A stretch of DNA of 64,000 nt from Chrysomallon squamiferum (taxonomy: Eukaryota > Animalia > Mollusca): NCBI GenBank assembly GCA_012295275.1, contig CM022670.1:2356001-2420000 (forward strand). Reading direction: 5' to 3'. Of the stretch, positions 37,434 through 64,000 are shown piece after piece. A program made the position numbers and the translations under genes. The notes under the pieces were generated by a model. It saw only the letters and a list, made by a program, of their open reading frames with translations. It did no database searches and was not told where the DNA came from. The first letter of the stretch is position 1. Every line of letters starts with the position of its first letter.

Positions 37434-40308
37434 TATAATATTCAGCGACGAAACAGTAACGATCCACAGGTTTTCAGTTGGTATAGAATATAAACAATAT
37501 TTACATGTACAACAATTCCGATATTCCCACAACTCGTGAACTGATACTTCTTTTAACTCGTCAGAAATACGATACAGCACTTACAATTTTCACGACCACC
37601 CAGTCTCCTTCAGTAGATGGCCACAAGGTAGCGTTGCACGTCCTTTACCTTCGACATTGTTGGATTCTATTGCGTTTGCGAACACTGCATATGCGTGTGA
37701 TAATTCTTCATGTTTTGAGCGATTTATTTTCTAGGTAATGTAGTGGTTATAAAATATTAAATAATAATAATAATGATTTTGTAATGGCTCAGACTAAATG
37801 TGGAGACCAGATAATTATTCCTTTTCATAAATAGTCCCCCTTACCACTTGCTATATGCGTATTCAACACTATGAAATAGTAGTGTACAGAAGTGAAATCC
37901 TTCATTTATACATTCTGAATGCCAAACTTACATGTAAACATACATTAAGTTTTTATCAATGAAATAAAAACATAAAGACTAGATTTACATGAAATACACA
38001 TATACAAGTATTTTTCAGCTTCCAAGAATATCAAAATGTAACTTAAGCTAATGATATGTAAAACCTATTGGGTTTTTTCTGATATGTCTTTATCATTAAT
38101 TGTATTGCAGATTGTAATAGACTTACCAACATCAGTTGTGCTTAAGATAGTCTAATCAAAATCATTGAGCAATTTTCACAATGGGTCCATCAGTTGTAAA
38201 ATAGCCAGCTTTGGATATACCAAGACTATGCTCTAAGCCAATCAGAGACTGGCATATTCATGTGATAAAATAAATAAAAAATAAACACATACTTTACACA
38301 AAAAAGGCTTTATTTTTAAAAATTTATATATCATTACAAGTTCCTTGATTAAAGTAAAATTATAAACATGGTTATTTTAATATCTTAATATATTAATTTA
38401 ATACATAAACATAATACAAACTAAATATTTAATATTATCATTAGTATATTTATAACAATTGTATGGTTTTAAGTTGTACACACTTTACAGTTTGTTTAAT
38501 AATCAAATGAAAGTAGAATAAACCTCAAAAATTGAAAATCATAAAAAACCATTTAATAGTTTTCTTTCATGATTTCCATTACAGAATTGTTTATGTCATA
38601 TATAATAAAATGACATGACTAATTTTAAACACTGCTTTCATCAAATACAAACTGTGCCAACTGACATCAACATCTTTCAAATTCAGGCAAACACAAAAAA
38701 AACCATCCTTGTTTTAACCTATTTCACTGCATGTGCCTTGACCAGCAAGAAACATGCTATTTTGCCTTAACATCCTGTAAACTATGGTTTTATTCAAGAA
38801 TCATTTTAAGAAGTTCTCGATACATTATGCATAACCATATATAGATTTTTATTAACTGTGCATTCTTAAAACATACAAGGCAACCTGCAGGATTTTCTAA
38901 ATTTATATTAAATTGAACAGAGCAAAAAATAAAAAATAAAAGCACAGGCCTTATGGACTGATATTTCATGAAATGTGTAGCCATTCAGCATTTAATGCTA
39001 ACTGGAAAATTAGAAAAGAAAAAAAAATTATCACAGATAGTAAATGTATCATTTTCAAATGTGCATTTTACATTTAAAAATATTACCTGATGGGGTTTGG
39101 AACACTATTCATAATTCTATGTAAACTAATCGAACCTCCAAGAAAAAGTTTATTATTATTTAAACATGCTCAGTAAAGTAAAAGCAAAAACTGTATGCAA
39201 TGTGATATGCATTAATGGAAAGTTTTATAATAAGTAAAACTTAATTCTTCATGACAGCAGAATTAGTTCACTTTGAATGTAACATATATCAGTGCTGTCT
39301 GCACATTTAACCAAGCTACTTTCAAACACCATAAAAAAATATAAACAATGAGTTAATTCTGTAAGCCAATACAGACAATTATAATATGTACAAAATATCA
39401 CTGGTTAGAAACTACCCATTACCTTGCATTACAAACTGGGCTACCAATAATAAATAGAATTTTGTAAGCTTATATTTCTTTTAGAATATCCTGGCTAATG
39501 GAGCAAATAATTAGAAACTCACCTACAAGAAAATTACCAGAGGATAAAGCCAAGAGTTAAAATTATTATAACAAATAAACACATTTTAAGTGTCAGAAGT
39601 AAAATTTCACAAACACTATAAGCACACTGGCTGTTTTTCATGTCATTATAGTATGTTTCAGTACAATTTTCAGTATTATTTTCTGTTTTTTGTATTTTTC
39701 AGTTAACAAGAAAATTAGATCTGAAACTGATTTGCTAAATCAGGTTCTTTGTCAGTCCATTATTATTAGCTAAACTGTTCATATGCATTTAATAATCCAA
39801 TATAATTATACAGAGATACACACACAAATGGCCAACAGTTTAAGAAATGGAGTTGTAGGACACATTAGGGAAATTTTTCTACTATTCAAAAGTGGATATC
39901 ACTGAACTATTCATGGTTATGTTGAAAGCAACTAAGCATCTAAGACAAGTTAAAAAAAACAATATACACTATTTTCTTCGTAACTTTCTTAACAAAAGAC
40001 CACCTGGGCTTTATGTTAGGAATACAATCTAAATTTATTGCATTTTGTTACTAGATTAAATATAAATGTTACTGAGACCACCTGTACCAAATATCAAAGA
40101 AAAAAATTCCAAACTTGCATATACAGTAGCAGTATAAGTTTAAGTTGTCAGTCTTTGTTATACATTATTGAGTCCTGTTTCAAAAAAAACAAAATTGAAC
40201 ATAGTGATGGCGATAAAATCAATTTTCTTCTTAAGCACAAATAATGCTGCAGTGACAGTTGCTTTAAAATGTTAACACATTATGAACCAGGAATGATGTC
40301 ATAACAGA

Positions 40309-61876
<21,568 letters not shown>

Positions 61877-61916
61877 CACTTGTTTTCCTTTTTCATAGCT
61901 GTGCATGCATTGTTTC

Positions 61917-61943
61917 CGGTGCACGTGCAAAATTATCTCCCCT
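61917..61943 (-). promoter_or_regulatory. Promoter/5'UTR element shared with the paralogue (plus strand CGGTGCACGTGCAAAATTATCTCCCCT)
   Basis: 25/27 identical to 37407-37433. Contains an E-box CACGTG and a GATA-like site, and lies just upstream of the candidate first exon 61824-61876 in a CpG-enriched patch. Confidence 0.65.
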
Positions 61944-62006
61944 GTTATATTTTCGGCAAGAACATTCGGTCTTTCCCTTTCTTATTTGAGTAATGTACAT
62001 TACGAT

Positions 62007-62008
<2 letters not shown>

Positions 62009-62052
<44 letters not shown>
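62009..62052. repeat. (AAT)n microsatellite; similar tracts near 2648, 6341, 14502 and 23330
   Basis: Read directly from the sequence. Confidence 0.95.
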
Positions 62053-62053
<1 letters not shown>

Positions 62054-62509
62054 CGAACTATAATTAACTACGTACTCTAATGATTTGTTTTATATTCATT
62101 TCAATTTGGTAGCATAATAACTTATCCTTATTTTCCCTCATGTATAACTTTGGCGTCCGCATTTTTGTTATTGCGTCCTTAACGGCAGGTGCGCCCTCTA
62201 TTATAAATTCCGAATTAAGGTTCTGCAGGCCCTGGGCTACGGGTTCTGTGAAGTCCTTAAAGGATAAAAAGTGTCAAAGAAAACGAAATAATGTACTTTC
62301 TTATTTAAACACTGGATGCCATTGGAATTCAGCCTCAAAACTGATATAATTCTAAGAAATTCCTTTGTTTGCTTAGGTACATCTATAAATTTCAATTTTA
62401 AGAATAAATAATTTGATTTAATACATTAGACTAGAATACCTGGAATTTTAATGCAAAGAATTTGTATAATGCAATAACAGTAAATAGTATGGGTCTAAGG
62501 AAAAGAATA

Positions 62510-62514
<5 letters not shown>

Positions 62515-62576
<62 letters not shown>
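62515..62576. repeat. (GA)n microsatellite
   Basis: Read directly from the sequence. Confidence 0.98.
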
Positions 62577-62579
<3 letters not shown>

Positions 62580-62906
62580 ACATGAAACAAATATACAAAA
62601 TGAATGGCTATTTTCTTTCAATGTTTAATTATTATTATTATTATTATTATTATTATTTTTTTTTTTTTTTTTTTTTTAATTTTAAAAATGAAAATTTTCA
62701 ACATTCGTCCTTTCACATTCTTCCTTCTTTTTTTTTTTAGAGTGATTTAACAGTTATAATTAAGAATACTGAACATGAAAAGGAATTACGGAGCATCGTG
62801 TTACATTATACAGACATTACAATTCGGAGCGCACGTGTGTGTAACAAAAACTGCAATAAGTGAAAAACAAAAACATTATCAAACATACATATCAATAAAT
62901 AACGGT

Positions 62907-62907
<1 letters not shown>

Positions 62908-62960
<53 letters not shown>
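62908..62960. repeat. (CT)n microsatellite
   Basis: Read directly from the sequence. Confidence 0.98.
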
Positions 62961-62962
<2 letters not shown>

Positions 62963-63099
62963 ATAAATTTTACTTGATTTCCTATTCATAATTATCATTA
63001 GTTAATTTTCTTTTATCTTCTTCATTTTCCTGTTTTTCTGCATAAATAGTTTGAATTCTCCATAGTTCCTTTGTTTTTATTTTTATCGTCTTTATTATT

Positions 63100-63999
63100 T
63101 CAATTTTCATCCTTGTTTTGGTTCCTTTTTGCGTCTTCTTCTGAAGTCTGCTTGTATGCATGTACGACACTGTCACTGTTGCAGTTCTTATCGACAGTAC
63201 TAATATTAAACTCATGTTCGTTTGTTATCCTACATGGGTTCAGGTCAGTTTCGAAAAGTTTCTCCTTGACTTTCCCATCTAATCCAGAATCTTTGTCTTT
63301 TATATCTGTGTCTTCTTTGGAGTCTACATCTTCCTTGTCTTTGGCATCACAGCTTTTATCGATACTGTTTTCAATTATGTTGTTATAATCTGGTGCATTT
63401 TCTCTTTGTTCTTTAGTTTCATGCTGATACTTTGAATTGACGTTATCTTCCGAAAAACTGACTTCAGGCTTGTCATGTTTGCAACTGACTTCTTTTTCCA
63501 GGCACTGGGCATTGGTTTCTTGCATTTTTTTTCTCTGCTCTTGTCCGCTGATTTTGTGTTCTTTATCAGAATTCTCAGTTTCCTGGATTGGAAATGTATT
63601 TTCATATTTTTCTTTCTCCTTGGTGGCAACATCGGTTTTATTTAGTAAAGGAAGTGGAGCTGTGTATGGTTGAGTCGTAATGTCTGTGGGTACGCTGTTA
63701 GGAAACTGAGAATCAAAAATCAAGTTCAAAATCTTGAATTTTGCCTTCTGTTTTGCCCTAAAATCAGTAATGTAACCGATCTCACTTCCCACGAATTTAC
63801 TAAAAACTGCATCGTCAGTGACATCGGTGTTTTGAAAAGTTTGGAGTGACTGAACGACCGATACAAGCAATTCAGAATCGCTGTCTGACCGCTTTCGCTT
63901 AACTATAAGATTGGTGTTTTCATCGTTGTTACCATTCTCCTCTCTTTTTTCCTTTCTTGTTTGTTTGAAACAATTTCCTTGCCTGAGAAAGGAGTCATC
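63100..63999 (-). CDS. Unidentified acidic, K/E/D-rich low-complexity protein, 3' part; frame open to the window edge
   Basis: The frame of ORF 63100-63870 stays open to 63999 (DDSFLRQGNCFKQTRKEKREENGNNDENTNLIVKRKRSDSDSELLVSV...), 300 codons, with higher GC than the flanks. No recognisable domain. Confidence 0.65.
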   Translation of the reverse strand, partial: DDSFLRQGNCFKQTRKEKREENGNNDENTNLIVKRKRSDSDSELLVSVVQSLQTFQNTDVTDDAVFSKFVGSEIGYITDFRAKQKAKFKILNLIFDSQFPNSVPTDITTQPYTAPLPLLNKTDVATKEKEKYENTFPIQETENSDKEHKISGQEQRKKMQETNAQCLEKEVSCKHDKPEVSFSEDNVNSKYQHETKEQRENAPDYNNIIENSIDKSCDAKDKEDVDSKEDTDIKDKDSGLDGKVKEKLFETDLNPCRITNEHEFNISTVDKNCNSDSVVHAYKQTSEEDAKRNQNKDEN

Positions 64000-64000
64000 A

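Noticed and set aside
62515-62960. (GA)n and (CT)n tracts as terminal inverted repeats of a MITE
   Set aside because: Complementarity comes only from common microsatellites; no target-site duplication or unique inverted termini seen.

Overview
Very AT-rich, intron-rich animal genomic DNA. It is probably a gastropod or other lophotrochozoan, inferred from repeat remnants and not verified. Manual splicing gives five multi-exon genes plus one partial ORF. (1) VPS36, minus strand, 3' end outside the window. (2) A 106-aa COX7B-like (prag01/Deltameth_res family) gene, plus strand, head-to-head with VPS36. (3) AIFM1, minus strand, whose N-terminal targeting and membrane-anchor region is a complete second COX7B-like module, 55/79 aa identical to gene 2 with the same intron phases, spliced in frame to the FAD/NADH oxidoreductase body. 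(4, 5) Two tandem SLC4A11-like transporter genes, minus strand; one has both conserved transport-site acidic residues replaced by Gly. (6) An unidentified acidic, low-complexity ORF at the right edge. The standout is the apparent COX7B-AIF fusion beside its stand-alone paralogue, which would covalently attach AIF to a complex IV subunit. Also noted: a 1-nt frameshift in AIFM1 exon 13 (probably an assembly error), a 27-bp promoter element shared by the SLC4A11 paralogues, and three candidate alternative first exons. All identifications come from recalled protein motifs; no database search was run.
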